Positions 21,097 to 30,860 of a stretch of 64,000 nt of DNA are shown here, piece by piece; the stretch's first letter is position 1, and each line of letters begins with the position of its first letter. Source of the stretch: a virus; IMG/VR virus record IMGVR_UViG_3300027861_002706, positions 53,602 to 117,601 of that record; one strand, written 5' to 3'. Below the pieces are notes generated by a model, which was not told the DNA's origin, did not search any database, and worked only from the letters and a program-made list of their open reading frames with translations. The translations under genes were made by a program, and so were the position numbers.

Positions 21097-24000
21097 TTAG
21101 CTCCTTAGTATTTCTGATGCTATTCTAAAGTAATCGTCAAGTTCTTTTCTCGAAGTCATATCATAGTTGACTATATTTTCTAGCCCGGATCCGAGATCCT
21201 CGTTTATGTCGTAATCAGTTATACCTGATTGCATTAACTCTGCTTCCAACTGCTGTCTAGCTGCAGCATCTAGTCCAGATCTGGTATAAAAGTGATAGAT
21301 ATCTAGATCTGGTTCTGGGAATTCTGTTCTTAACCTATTTGCAGTTCTTGCAAACACCCCCGACCTGTGAGCATCATTAGAGACTGACCCCCAAACAGAA
21401 TCCATTGTTCTGATTCGAACAGCATTCATTGGAACATCTGGATGGAACCCAGCCCAATCTGCTCCTGGCATTCCATGTGCCATCATGCTTTGTGCAGCTC
21501 TGGCATCGGGGTGTCTTCTTATATTGCTATAGTCAAATGAAGTATCTCCTTGCTTTGCCCAGGCTGCCTGATATACCGGTTTTAAGTACTCAGGAACATA
21601 CTGCAATACTTCTTTACGTTTAGACGTAGTGAAGTCGAGGGACCTCATGAACAGCTGCTTTTCCCTTGTTGGCAAAGCGATTAGGGAGTCTCGCACAAAC
21701 TGCTTAGCCCCTAAAGAATAGTCCAGTGATGCTACTGTCCGTTTTTTAAGATCTATAAAGTGCGCTGCTACTTTATGTAGTCCTTCTACCTTCGCCTTTT
21801 TCTCTAGACGCCGTAGCTTTATGTATTCTAGTGAATCAAAATATTCATCCATTCTTCTTCTATCGGTGACATACTCGGGGACGTAGCCTCCAGCTAGCTG
21901 ACCAGTATTCATCGCCCGTATAGACGAACTACCCCCAAAGTGAATCGCTCCGGCAGTGGACATCACTATACGAGAGATGGGATTCGCACCCATGAGAACT
22001 CCGGTAGTGAACCCACCGATAGTTGCAGTAAACGGATCTGTTGCTTTGAGCTGCTCTGCCATTGGTCTTAGCATAGTAGTATATGGCTTAGTCCAATCAT
22101 ACTCATCTGTATCGTATACTTCTCTTTTAATATATGCGTCAAGCTCGTCTCTAACTGGCAGCATCTTGTTCGACAACATTGGACCGAGTATAGGTATTGT
22201 TATACCCAATCTAGCTACTATGTCATGCGAGAACACTTCCCATGCAGCACCAACTGCTTGCTCCGGAATAGTGTAATAGGCGTCTATGCCCTCTTGGTTT
22301 TCTTCATTGGTTTTTTGCTCGACTAGTCCGGAGAATTGTTCTCCTATCGAAGTAAATTTTCTAGAATATGTAGCGTACCTGTTTAACTTCTGCTTAACGC
22401 CTTCTTTTGTTTTTACTAACTTATCTGTCCAATATTCATCTACTGTTCCAGACTTAAGCATAGAGTCTACAAGTATACTGTAATGCTTATAGGATTCAGA
22501 ATGGGGAGCAACATCCGCTAACACCATGAATCTATCTACAGCGTCATATATCCCAGGAGATCCACTATGCAGTCTAAAGGCAATTTCTTTAGCTGTGCCA
22601 GGCAACCTTAGTTCGCCATGGGGTATCTTTGAGTATGGGTCACCCGTACTGAAATCTATGTGGTAGTTTGTGTCTCCCGGGAAAACCCCCATTGCTGTAT
22701 TCCCAGTAAAGCTGGATCTGGATCCAGGTAACCAGGATGGCATCGTATTAGGAATAGTATTTGTAGCTTGTCGCTGTGCTTGAAGATAATCAGACATGAC
22801 AAATCTACGAAGAAGCTCAGTGTGCCCCATCAGGCCACCAACGCTTTCATCATAGAAAGCTCTAGTCGTAGAATTCATAAACCCAGCATCTGCTAGCTGA
22901 GGCGCAGATGGATTAGTGGACTTAAATGGCATGTCCCATAGTCCGAATTTATAGATACCAGAAAGCTCACTCATATGAGCGATGCTAGTAGACAAAGTCG
23001 CGCTCTTTTTAGCAGGAGATAATTCCGCCCTTGCGGGATACGGATCCATTCCCATCTCTACTACTGACTCACCTGGAGTTTGGTATGCTCTTAACCCAGT
23101 TGCGTTACCTCCCGGTACGCCCATGCTTCCTATGGTCCTATTCGATAATTTTTCTATAGAAAACGCAGTAGGGTAGGGTCTATCAAATCTATGTTTCTCT
23201 GCTAGATATTCATCTCCGGTAGGATCGAACATAGCTCCGACTAGAGGCATGTGCTCTAGAAGAGATCCAACGGCAGGAATATCAGTCAGTGGGTTTAATA
23301 TATTTCCCGCAAGCTCTGGTACTCTAAACAGATTGCTTGGGGTCGGTAGAAAACTTACGCTTCTAAAATATTCTGCCTGGGAGCCATATAGTGTATCGGT
23401 ATACTTGTACTCAGATCGCATCCTGGCAAACATGCCAGGAGCAAAATAACTTATTTTTCCACCACTAAAAGGTTGCTTACCAAGCATCCAATATCTACCG
23501 GACCTCATAGGAACCGGTTGCTCACCAGATAATATATCTCTAGTTTCCTTAGGGGTTTCTGTTATGCCTGGGAACGGAAGTTCTCCGATAGCTGCAGATA
23601 TTCCTCCGGCTATGAGTAGGCCACTTTTGTTTGGTAGCATTTTTAGCGCGATTGCAAACGGTGCTATTGTCCGTATAAAATCTGAGGCTGAACTTTCCAC
23701 AGATCCTGGCATCAAGTCTTCCATATATCTCGCTGCAGGAGATACACCAGTAAACTCTCTCAAGAACTGTGCAGAGATTTTAGCTACACTATAGGCATCT
23801 AACAGTAAGTTAGAGGCCTTGTACCCACCAGTAGGAATACCAGATAAATAATCTGCATATTTTACCCCCTCTAGAGCTAAAGCTCCTCCCGCTGCCATAC
23901 CAAATATTTTTGCCGTGTTTCCTACAAAGCCAAACATTCCTGGAGTAGCTCTGAAGCCAAGACCTGTAGTCGCTCCAATCAAGTCATTGAGCCTAGTAGT

Positions 24001-25719
24001 CATAAAGTTAGCTACATCTGCTAGCCTACTAGAGATGTCGGACTTGAATGCGAATGAATCTAGGGGGCGAGTTTGTCTTCTCTCGAATCCACCAACTGGT
24101 CCGGCAGATACATTCTCGATGGCAGTAGCAGGGCGTACGCCGTAATCAGATTGGCTAACACCCTTTACTGGCTTGACTACTTTCTTGAGTATTCCACTTC
24201 TTTGTTCTCTCTGCACATACTCAATAGAAGTTTCATCTCCTAATGCAGCAAGTACATCTCGCTTAGTCTCCTCGAAGTATCCACGATCCCTGGGGTCTGG
24301 CCTAGATTGCCTCTGTACTCTCTGCCTAGATTGATCAATTAAGTCTAACTTAGATCCATCAACCTCAGAAGTTCCAGTCCTTCTTGCTACTTCTTTCGCC
24401 GTCTCATCTATTCGAGTAGTTTCTTTTACTACAGGTGTTCCCTTAGTCCTCCTTTTAACAAGATCGGTTGTAGCTCTTTTAAGGAAAGACTCTTGTGTCG
24501 CATACTTCCTTCCTATTCCTATGTCGTCTAATAGCGCATTAAACCATTTTAGTACAGGATTCCTAGATGTAGATTCTATTTCCTCAGAGGACATTCGAGT
24601 CTGGCTTTTAAGTTGCCCCCTGCTGGCAAGTACTGCTTCACCTATCTTGTTCTTTCCGCTTGCTCTATATCCGGAATCAACAAATTCAAGCTTAGCAGCA
24701 GTACTACCGTCTCCTCTGGGGGCTATTTTGAATAAGTCTTCACCTATTACGAGCCTGTGTGCAGCAGGATCAGATACCTCAGGCGCACGAACTATTGCGG
24801 AAGCTTCACCTTTACCGAAGAGGTGCCTAATGGGCCCAGCAAAAATATCACTAACACGCAGATTCGCAAACGGTAACTGAATTTCATCTGTCAGTCTTTT
24901 TAGTATACCACCGACATGTTGGCCACTTAATATTCTTGTGTCTATGACCTTTTTTGTAGCTGTATCTAAGAATATTCTTTCATCTATTCTTTGATCACCC
25001 GCAAGCAATCCCCATCTTTTCGCATCCACTAAGCCATCTATCTGATCTTTACCAAACAGATCAACAATTTGTTTATGCTGGATACTGTCTGTAGACATAG
25101 CGATAAGTTTATCGACGGTAAGATCTTCTACGCCTTCAGCTGAATTAAACTGTCGGGTATACCTTTCTCTAATCGACTCACGCATTCTAGTGACAATATC
25201 TTGGGCGTCCTGAGATATTGATCTTGTTCCTTCAACACCGCTAAAGAACGTGCCATGAATGTCTGCCTGATGCAATGTATCAAGATTTCTCTTCGTATCT
25301 TCTAGTATTTGAAGATGTGATATTAGAGGTGTACCTTCGGCTGTCATCCTGAGATTGGCAGCCGCTGCTTCATCAATCTTACCGGACAATCCTCCGGCGG
25401 TAGCAGCAATATTTAGATAAGTTTTAGATGCCGCCCGCTGGCCCCTATTAAGCATACTGGTGAGCTTACCAGCCACCTCCATACCTAGGTTGCCTAACGG
25501 TCTTTTAGATATTAAATTTACTGCTGCACCAATTAATGCTATCTTTGATATATTGCTAGAAAGCGCATAGTTCTCTCTTAGTATACGCTCTTCGTTAAAG
25601 GCGGGCTCGTCATCTCTAGATGATGCAATTCTATCTCTAAGCCGCTCAGGATCTTGGATAAGATCCCTATGGAAACTATAATCTCTAGGTAGGTTGGACT
25701 TATTTCTTTCTGATGGCAT
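21097..25719 (-). CDS. Tape-measure-like protein (1540 aa)
   Basis: Follows two tail chaperone genes. Mostly helical with several Gly/Ala hydrophobic segments (IFGMAAGGALALEGV, GLLIAGGISAAIG). Contains PMRSGRYWMLGKQPFSGGKISYF and DFSTGDPYSKIPHGELRLPG motifs. Confidence 0.7.
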   Translation of the reverse strand: MPSERNKSNLPRDYSFHRDLIQDPERLRDRIASSRDDEPAFNEERILRENYALSSNISKIALIGAAVNLISKRPLGNLGMEVAGKLTSMLNRGQRAASKTYLNIAATAGGLSGKIDEAAAANLRMTAEGTPLISHLQILEDTKRNLDTLHQADIHGTFFSGVEGTRSISQDAQDIVTRMRESIRERYTRQFNSAEGVEDLTVDKLIAMSTDSIQHKQIVDLFGKDQIDGLVDAKRWGLLAGDQRIDERIFLDTATKKVIDTRILSGQHVGGILKRLTDEIQLPFANLRVSDIFAGPIRHLFGKGEASAIVRAPEVSDPAAHRLVIGEDLFKIAPRGDGSTAAKLEFVDSGYRASGKNKIGEAVLASRGQLKSQTRMSSEEIESTSRNPVLKWFNALLDDIGIGRKYATQESFLKRATTDLVKRRTKGTPVVKETTRIDETAKEVARRTGTSEVDGSKLDLIDQSRQRVQRQSRPDPRDRGYFEETKRDVLAALGDETSIEYVQREQRSGILKKVVKPVKGVSQSDYGVRPATAIENVSAGPVGGFERRQTRPLDSFAFKSDISSRLADVANFMTTRLNDLIGATTGLGFRATPGMFGFVGNTAKIFGMAAGGALALEGVKYADYLSGIPTGGYKASNLLLDAYSVAKISAQFLREFTGVSPAARYMEDLMPGSVESSASDFIRTIAPFAIALKMLPNKSGLLIAGGISAAIGELPFPGITETPKETRDILSGEQPVPMRSGRYWMLGKQPFSGGKISYFAPGMFARMRSEYKYTDTLYGSQAEYFRSVSFLPTPSNLFRVPELAGNILNPLTDIPAVGSLLEHMPLVGAMFDPTGDEYLAEKHRFDRPYPTAFSIEKLSNRTIGSMGVPGGNATGLRAYQTPGESVVEMGMDPYPARAELSPAKKSATLSTSIAHMSELSGIYKFGLWDMPFKSTNPSAPQLADAGFMNSTTRAFYDESVGGLMGHTELLRRFVMSDYLQAQRQATNTIPNTMPSWLPGSRSSFTGNTAMGVFPGDTNYHIDFSTGDPYSKIPHGELRLPGTAKEIAFRLHSGSPGIYDAVDRFMVLADVAPHSESYKHYSILVDSMLKSGTVDEYWTDKLVKTKEGVKQKLNRYATYSRKFTSIGEQFSGLVEQKTNEENQEGIDAYYTIPEQAVGAAWEVFSHDIVARLGITIPILGPMLSNKMLPVRDELDAYIKREVYDTDEYDWTKPYTTMLRPMAEQLKATDPFTATIGGFTTGVLMGANPISRIVMSTAGAIHFGGSSSIRAMNTGQLAGGYVPEYVTDRRRMDEYFDSLEYIKLRRLEKKAKVEGLHKVAAHFIDLKKRTVASLDYSLGAKQFVRDSLIALPTREKQLFMRSLDFTTSKRKEVLQYVPEYLKPVYQAAWAKQGDTSFDYSNIRRHPDARAAQSMMAHGMPGADWAGFHPDVPMNAVRIRTMDSVWGSVSNDAHRSGVFARTANRLRTEFPEPDLDIYHFYTRSGLDAAARQQLEAELMQSGITDYDINEDLGSGLENIVNYDMTSRKELDDYFRIASEILRS

Positions 25720-25722
25720 TGT

Positions 25723-26397
25723 CTACTCCGTAGATTGTGCTGAATTCCAACCTTCAGGGGATTGCGGTACTCGGTAGGAATCCGGCATCATTTTGCCCGG
25801 TAACCCCCTATGCATCTGCTTTTTCTGTTTTCTTACTTCTTTAGCAACTTGTTTTTGAGCATACTCTTCATCTAGAAACATTCTTAAATCTATCGGCTGT
25901 TCTAATGAAGTTTCTGCAATCGCAAAAAGCTTAGTCAATTCGGCTAATGTCATGTCCTCTAGCTCACATGGTTTAATCGCATGAAAATGCCGGGTTATGA
26001 CAGTCATCATCACTGAATCTAACGAGTTAATTGCTACTCTAGCCTCATTGAAATAGTCCGCTATCCCCTCATTGGAGCTAAATCCAGATATATCTATTAT
26101 ACATTTACTTAGCATCTCAAAACACATACATGGTAAATCGTATAGCGGATTCTTATCTATATTAATCCAGTTAAATTCTGGCCAGATTATACAAGATTGC
26201 AGTATCTGCTCTGTAGGATCACATCCTAAATCGATGTCTTGCTGCAGAAATAAAAACTCCTGGCGAGTCATAGGTCTAATCAATATATTAGACACCTTAG
26301 ACTCGCCAGGCTGACCAGAGAGATCAATTAGGAAGATTTCTTTGCAGGCTCTCCTTAGCCTAGGTATCTCTTCTTTAAGTCGTGGATCGAGAAACAC
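25723..26397 (-). CDS. Tail assembly chaperone-like protein (224 aa)
   Basis: Directly upstream of the tape-measure-like gene. ILIRPMTRQEF resembles FIIRSLNRREY in the neighbouring gene. Confidence 0.6.
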   Translation of the reverse strand: MFLDPRLKEEIPRLRRACKEIFLIDLSGQPGESKVSNILIRPMTRQEFLFLQQDIDLGCDPTEQILQSCIIWPEFNWINIDKNPLYDLPCMCFEMLSKCIIDISGFSSNEGIADYFNEARVAINSLDSVMMTVITRHFHAIKPCELEDMTLAELTKLFAIAETSLEQPIDLRMFLDEEYAQKQVAKEVRKQKKQMHRGLPGKMMPDSYRVPQSPEGWNSAQSTE

Positions 26398-26400
26398 ATC

Positions 26401-26880
26401 CTAAACCTTAATTGGAGTAGGTGCACTTTGGTATCCTGAAATCGCAAGAATGGAATCATGAAGCGTAGTAGCTACACCTGAGGCCTTGCTCCTTAATTCA
26501 TCTAGTCCTAGCGGAGGATGAACAGTGCCCTGGGCAGCAATAGCTTCTTCACTCATCATGTTGAGTGTAGCTCTAACTCCTTCAGGATTCGCAGAATCTG
26601 CAGAAGCTTCAACTTCTTTAGCCATGGCCTCTGCCTGTGTTTGGACCAAGTTACGGTACTCTCGGCGGTTTAAGCTTCTAATGATGAACCATTCATCAGC
26701 ACAATTAACAACATTGACATTGCTGAATTGTTTTTTGGCGGCTTGGATGATCGAGATAAACTCTTCATCCCATTCAAGCTCCTTAGCTTGCTGCCACGTA
26801 ATCTCTAACCCTGGAATTTTGTCTTCCATATTTTTGAGCTTGGGTTCAGCCTTACTCTTTTTCTCTACTACAGTTTCCAA
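26401..26880 (-). CDS. Tail assembly chaperone (159 aa)
   Basis: FIIRSLNRREY...SGVATTLHDSILAISGY pattern, AAGGAG Shine-Dalgarno before a TTG start, and position after the tube genes. Confidence 0.65.
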   Translation of the reverse strand: METVVEKKSKAEPKLKNMEDKIPGLEITWQQAKELEWDEEFISIIQAAKKQFSNVNVVNCADEWFIIRSLNRREYRNLVQTQAEAMAKEVEASADSANPEGVRATLNMMSEEAIAAQGTVHPPLGLDELRSKASGVATTLHDSILAISGYQSAPTPIKV

Positions 26881-26894
26881 TGTCTCTCCTTAAT

Positions 26895-27695
26895 CTAACC
26901 ACCTGAGACACTATTGCTCAGTGTGTTATTTGCTTGATGGCCATCAGCCATTCTACGTGCTGGAGCATTCCTTTCAACTATTTCTTTTGCGAAAAAGCTA
27001 TAAATCTCATAAATAGGAGATCCAGAAGAAGATACATCTCCACCACCAGTGGCTGAAGCAGATATTACTTGAGATTGACCAACTATATACGCATCTTTTA
27101 TAATAGTTTCTATATGATCTTCAGACGTTATACTACCATATGCTACGAGTATATCAAATGTACGTTTTTGTTTATATGCTTCGTTAGTTGATCTTCTAAG
27201 GTATTCAACAGCCGCCATTGCTTCGGGGGTTCTAGATAAAGCTCCGGAACTGAAGTTACCAAGCATACTGCGTAGAGAATTTAATCGCGATCTAGAACTG
27301 CCTGGTCTGTTATCTGCATCAAAACCCTTTAGTATGTCATCCCCATAATCTTTGGCAGCTATTTGAGCTAGCCATTTTACTCTTTCAGTAGAATCTTTAG
27401 AAAAGAATTCTTCCGCATCATTAACTGCTTGTCTATGCTCCTTAAGATCTGTTTGGCCTTGTTTAGTGAACTCTGCTATTGCAGTGGCTAGATATCCTGG
27501 ATGTCTATAATTTATGACTAACCTCCCCGTAATTATCTTTCTGCCATTACTAACTGCAGAGAAGGTATCATCAGCCCATCCATATAGTGGAGTCTTGGAA
27601 TCCCTTGCATCCCAGTCAACTCTAAATGCATCGGATAGCCTATACCCTCCGATATAGATACCGACGTTACATGGAGTGTAGTATCTATCTGGCAT
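26895..27695 (-). CDS. Tail tube-fold protein, paralogue 3 (266 aa)
   Basis: DSKTPLYGWADDTFSAVSNGRKIITGRLVIN aligns by eye with REKAPLYTMGSANPRSFSRGKRGIAGSLIF of the main tube protein. Confidence 0.7.
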   Translation of the reverse strand: MPDRYYTPCNVGIYIGGYRLSDAFRVDWDARDSKTPLYGWADDTFSAVSNGRKIITGRLVINYRHPGYLATAIAEFTKQGQTDLKEHRQAVNDAEEFFSKDSTERVKWLAQIAAKDYGDDILKGFDADNRPGSSRSRLNSLRSMLGNFSSGALSRTPEAMAAVEYLRRSTNEAYKQKRTFDILVAYGSITSEDHIETIIKDAYIVGQSQVISASATGGGDVSSSGSPIYEIYSFFAKEIVERNAPARRMADGHQANNTLSNSVSGG

Positions 27696-27737
27696 TTAAT
27701 AGAATCCTTTAAGCATAATTGTTCCCGCCGTATCTAG

Positions 27738-27782
27738 CCCCACGTGCACTTCTGATTTCGTGCTTTAATAATTCGTTAGTCT
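27738..27782. repeat. 45-bp direct repeat, copy 2 (spans the stop codon of the 262-aa gene and the following intergenic gap)
   Basis: Identical to 19778-19822, same orientation, 7,960 bp apart. Confidence 0.95.
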
Positions 27783-28553
27783 TCCCTGAAATCTAAGATT
27801 CGTCTCTAGCCAGGCTGGATCATACCCCTTCTCAAACAACGATGCAATATCGGTGTCATTCTCCTGACCATAAAATTTCATTATCTCTTTTCTTAATCTG
27901 TCTTTATCGCTTTCCCAGCCTGCGGCAGATAATGGGAAATACTGCTCAGCTACATATGTGTAAGTAGACTCTGTATATATATCGTCTATAGAGAAAGTGG
28001 TGCCGAAATTAGTCAGTGTAATATTATGTAAAATCGCACTTGATGTACCTCCAAGTTCATTGGAGGCCTGAAACACCATACTAAATTTAGGTATCTGATC
28101 AACAAATATAGTAGGCTCTCTTATCGGTTCTCCATCCGAATAAGACTTAGAAAGCATGTTAACAAATGCATCTCTGAGGCCTGCCGTAAATACCATTGAT
28201 CCAGCTATAGTCCTAGACCCACGAGCATAAGCAACAGGATTTGTTTCTCCTAATCTCCTGACCGGCATAACGCTTCTAGCAGATGAGACTGTGACAGTCT
28301 GTAGCTTATTCTCAATTTCTGAAAATCCTGGATCATCCGTAGTTTCATTATGAAGAGCTGGAATAGTTATTAAGCATAGAATATCAGACCCAGCATAAGA
28401 CAGAACATCTCTTTGGACAACTGGAGCTGTCCCCATCAAATCTACATTTGATGCAGCCTGAGCTAAGCGCTTTACACGCTTAGCTTCATCTACTTGAATC
28501 TTCTCATGTTGAGAAATTGCATATGCACGCATGTTACTTAAAATATCAGTCAT
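27765..28553 (-). CDS. Tail tube-fold protein, paralogue 2 (262 aa)
   Basis: SYAGSDI...RSVMPVRRLGETNPVAYARGSRTIAGSMVF...DQIPKFSM matches the pattern of the adjacent tube gene. Confidence 0.75.
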   Translation of the reverse strand: MTDILSNMRAYAISQHEKIQVDEAKRVKRLAQAASNVDLMGTAPVVQRDVLSYAGSDILCLITIPALHNETTDDPGFSEIENKLQTVTVSSARSVMPVRRLGETNPVAYARGSRTIAGSMVFTAGLRDAFVNMLSKSYSDGEPIREPTIFVDQIPKFSMVFQASNELGGTSSAILHNITLTNFGTTFSIDDIYTESTYTYVAEQYFPLSAAGWESDKDRLRKEIMKFYGQENDTDIASLFEKGYDPAWLETNLRFQGRLTNY

Positions 28554-28565
28554 GGCTAAGAATTA

Positions 28566-28594
28566 GGGAGAGGTCGGATTAACCAACCTCTCCC
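28566..28594 (-). terminator. Stem-loop after the tail tube gene (putative terminator or processing site)
   Basis: Minus strand reads gggagaggttgg-ttaat-ccgacctctccc (12-bp stem with one G:U); U-tract is weak. Confidence 0.65.
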
Positions 28595-28617
28595 CCACCT
28601 CTCAATTCTAAAGCTAG

Positions 28618-29289
28618 TTAACCAGTAGGATTATCTTTATTTGCAATCGGTACATTGAACCGAAGATTGGCCTGGGCGTTCCAAGGTTCGACTTCCGTAG
28701 CAACGAAGGTACAGCTTTCGTCTGTAGTAATATCGTCGATAGACATACCACTACCAGCGTTCATTATCTCAACATTTTTAATCTGCATCCTGCATACATG
28801 TCCATATTCGTTAGCAGCAGATATGGTAATGTTGAACGGCGGTAATTGGTCATGATATGTCGCGCCAACAGATTCTAATCCTAGGAATTCCCTGAGGGCA
28901 ACTACATCATTAGGATTATTTCCTGTTGTTGATCCGAGCACCGGGTCTGTTATGTTAGCTGTACCAACCCGAGATTGAGAACCCATTTGGGATTTAGTCA
29001 GCTCAGTCTTCTTCATTATGACTCTAGACTCACCAGTTATATCTTGCCGAGAAACATCGAGCAAAGCCGACCTATCAAAGACCAAGAAGATTAGCGATCC
29101 TGCGATACCTCGCTTGCCCCTAGAGAAGGAGCGCGGGTTTGCGGATCCCATTGTGTAAAGCGGCGCTTTCTCCCTTGTAACCGTGTAAGAGACTCCTTGA
29201 ACCTCTCCTACGGTCACATTTCCGAATGTGACAATCATGTCAACACCGCTAAATGAATTGTATGTTTGTGTTACTGCTGATCCTGGCAT
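28618..29289 (-). CDS. Major tail tube protein
   Basis: TYNSFSGVDMIVTFG...EVQGVSYTVTREKAPLYTMGSANPRSFSRGKRGIAGSLIF; directly after the sheath gene. Confidence 0.85.
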   Translation of the reverse strand: MPGSAVTQTYNSFSGVDMIVTFGNVTVGEVQGVSYTVTREKAPLYTMGSANPRSFSRGKRGIAGSLIFLVFDRSALLDVSRQDITGESRVIMKKTELTKSQMGSQSRVGTANITDPVLGSTTGNNPNDVVALREFLGLESVGATYHDQLPPFNITISAANEYGHVCRMQIKNVEIMNAGSGMSIDDITTDESCTFVATEVEPWNAQANLRFNVPIANKDNPTG

Positions 29290-30845
29290 TAGCCTATCCC
29301 CTCTCCCTTAGCTAGAGATATCGTAGTATTAATCGTAACCAACTCGAATGCAGGTACCATGCTCAAGTCAATCGTCACTTCTCCTAGAACCTGCTGATCT
29401 GGAGTAGATGATATTGCAAAGTCATAAGACTTTATTGCACCCTTCTTTAGTGCTCTCTGAAGATTTGTATCTATCGCACTTTCCAGTGCCGCGAGGAACG
29501 GTCCGCTAATCGGTTTGCCGATAAACGCCTCACCGGCATCTCTTATTATTTCACCCATTGCTTGAGTGGTTCTTATCGTAGTCACTCTAGTATAATCGGA
29601 TCTCGAGTTGATTCCAGCATTAAATGCTCCAGTTATCCCAGAAGTAATTACATAGCCAGCTGCTTTTTGAAGTAGTGCTACTATTCTATGTTGAAGCAGA
29701 GACCTAGCCTGAACTCCGCTGAGAGTTCTAGCTTGCCCAAGACCAGCAAGAGGCCTATTCGTTACACCGATATGGGGCTGAACTACAGTAAGCATTGCAG
29801 CGTACGAAGCAGCACCATTGCTGTTAACATAAGAAACAGTACCAGCGCCTTTTGCTACAGCAAACTTCTTCGCCTCAGTACCAAATGCTCTTGCTGTACC
29901 TCCGACTACACTAACATATGCACCAGCGTCTATTTTGTTTCCATCACCATCAGTAGCAGCAGTACCATCGGTATCATTCGGCTGCATTAAGCCTATGTAG
30001 TCTGTACTAGGCGCAGATGCATCAGTGGAGTTTAGAACTGATCCCTTAAGATACTTCACCCAACTAGATCCAGTGAATGATTCACCAGTATAGCTGGCAT
30101 TAGAAGCTCCTCCGTATACTGAAGTATCGCCGGCATCCTGTGTAAGATATTTTACATATTCATTAACAAGAGTAAGACTAGGCGTCATGAACCAGGCACC
30201 TGTAGTTGAAGTGAAGTCTGAGACAGCGGTAGCGCCGGCGTCTTTCCACGTGAGCTGTTTGGCCACATGTCCTATTGGAGTAACACCGATAACGCCGAAT
30301 GCGCTATTGCTCTCTTTTGTCAACTGATAGCAAAACTCTCCAAGTTGAGCAACAAAACTATTACCAACAAGACTATCGGTAGCTGCAGCATCAGTTGTAC
30401 CAGAGAAAGCTCCATCGGCATATGCTCCAGCGACATATACTATATCTACTTCATGATGCTGTAGCTTAGAATAGGTAGATGCTAGCTTGGTATACAGCCC
30501 AGACATGTGGTCACCTACATCTGTACCGGAGTAGGGTGTAATGACACCAGTGTCGGTTACTACTACTTCGATATTAGTAGTGCCGGCAGCTATTGCCTCT
30601 TCTATCGCAAGAGTGATTTCAGATGGCGAACCATCGGTTTGATTCCTCAAATTGCGCATAGCCACGCCAACATTATCTATCAGCAACGGCTCGTTCATCG
30701 GGATTATTCCCGGAGTTGCACCTTCGAAACCACCAATAATAGTTAACTTGGGTCCAGGATTAGGCGGAGCAATCCTGAGTCCAAAATCATTGATAGTAAC
30801 ATTGACAGTTGGTAGACTGTCAGTATTCGTAATTCCACTTACCAT
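29289..30845 (-). CDS. Contractile tail sheath protein
   Basis: C-terminal sheath domain (GAIKSYDFAISSTPDQQVLGEVTIDLSMVPAFELVTI), GGAGGT Shine-Dalgarno, and position before the tube gene. Confidence 0.9.
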   Translation of the reverse strand: MVSGITNTDSLPTVNVTINDFGLRIAPPNPGPKLTIIGGFEGATPGIIPMNEPLLIDNVGVAMRNLRNQTDGSPSEITLAIEEAIAAGTTNIEVVVTDTGVITPYSGTDVGDHMSGLYTKLASTYSKLQHHEVDIVYVAGAYADGAFSGTTDAAATDSLVGNSFVAQLGEFCYQLTKESNSAFGVIGVTPIGHVAKQLTWKDAGATAVSDFTSTTGAWFMTPSLTLVNEYVKYLTQDAGDTSVYGGASNASYTGESFTGSSWVKYLKGSVLNSTDASAPSTDYIGLMQPNDTDGTAATDGDGNKIDAGAYVSVVGGTARAFGTEAKKFAVAKGAGTVSYVNSNGAASYAAMLTVVQPHIGVTNRPLAGLGQARTLSGVQARSLLQHRIVALLQKAAGYVITSGITGAFNAGINSRSDYTRVTTIRTTQAMGEIIRDAGEAFIGKPISGPFLAALESAIDTNLQRALKKGAIKSYDFAISSTPDQQVLGEVTIDLSMVPAFELVTINTTISLAKGEGIG

Positions 30846-30860
30846 TTTTTCTTACCTCCA

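Noticed and set aside
25723-26880. Programmed frameshift between the tail chaperones (lambda G/GT type)
   Set aside because: No slippery heptamer seen near the end of the first gene; the second has its own start 3 nt after the stop and looks like a paralogue.
27696-27790. Mini-CRISPR or DGR template/variable repeat around the 45-bp duplicate
   Set aside because: No flanking direct repeats, no adenine-specific mismatches (the copies are identical), and no reverse transcriptase in the window.
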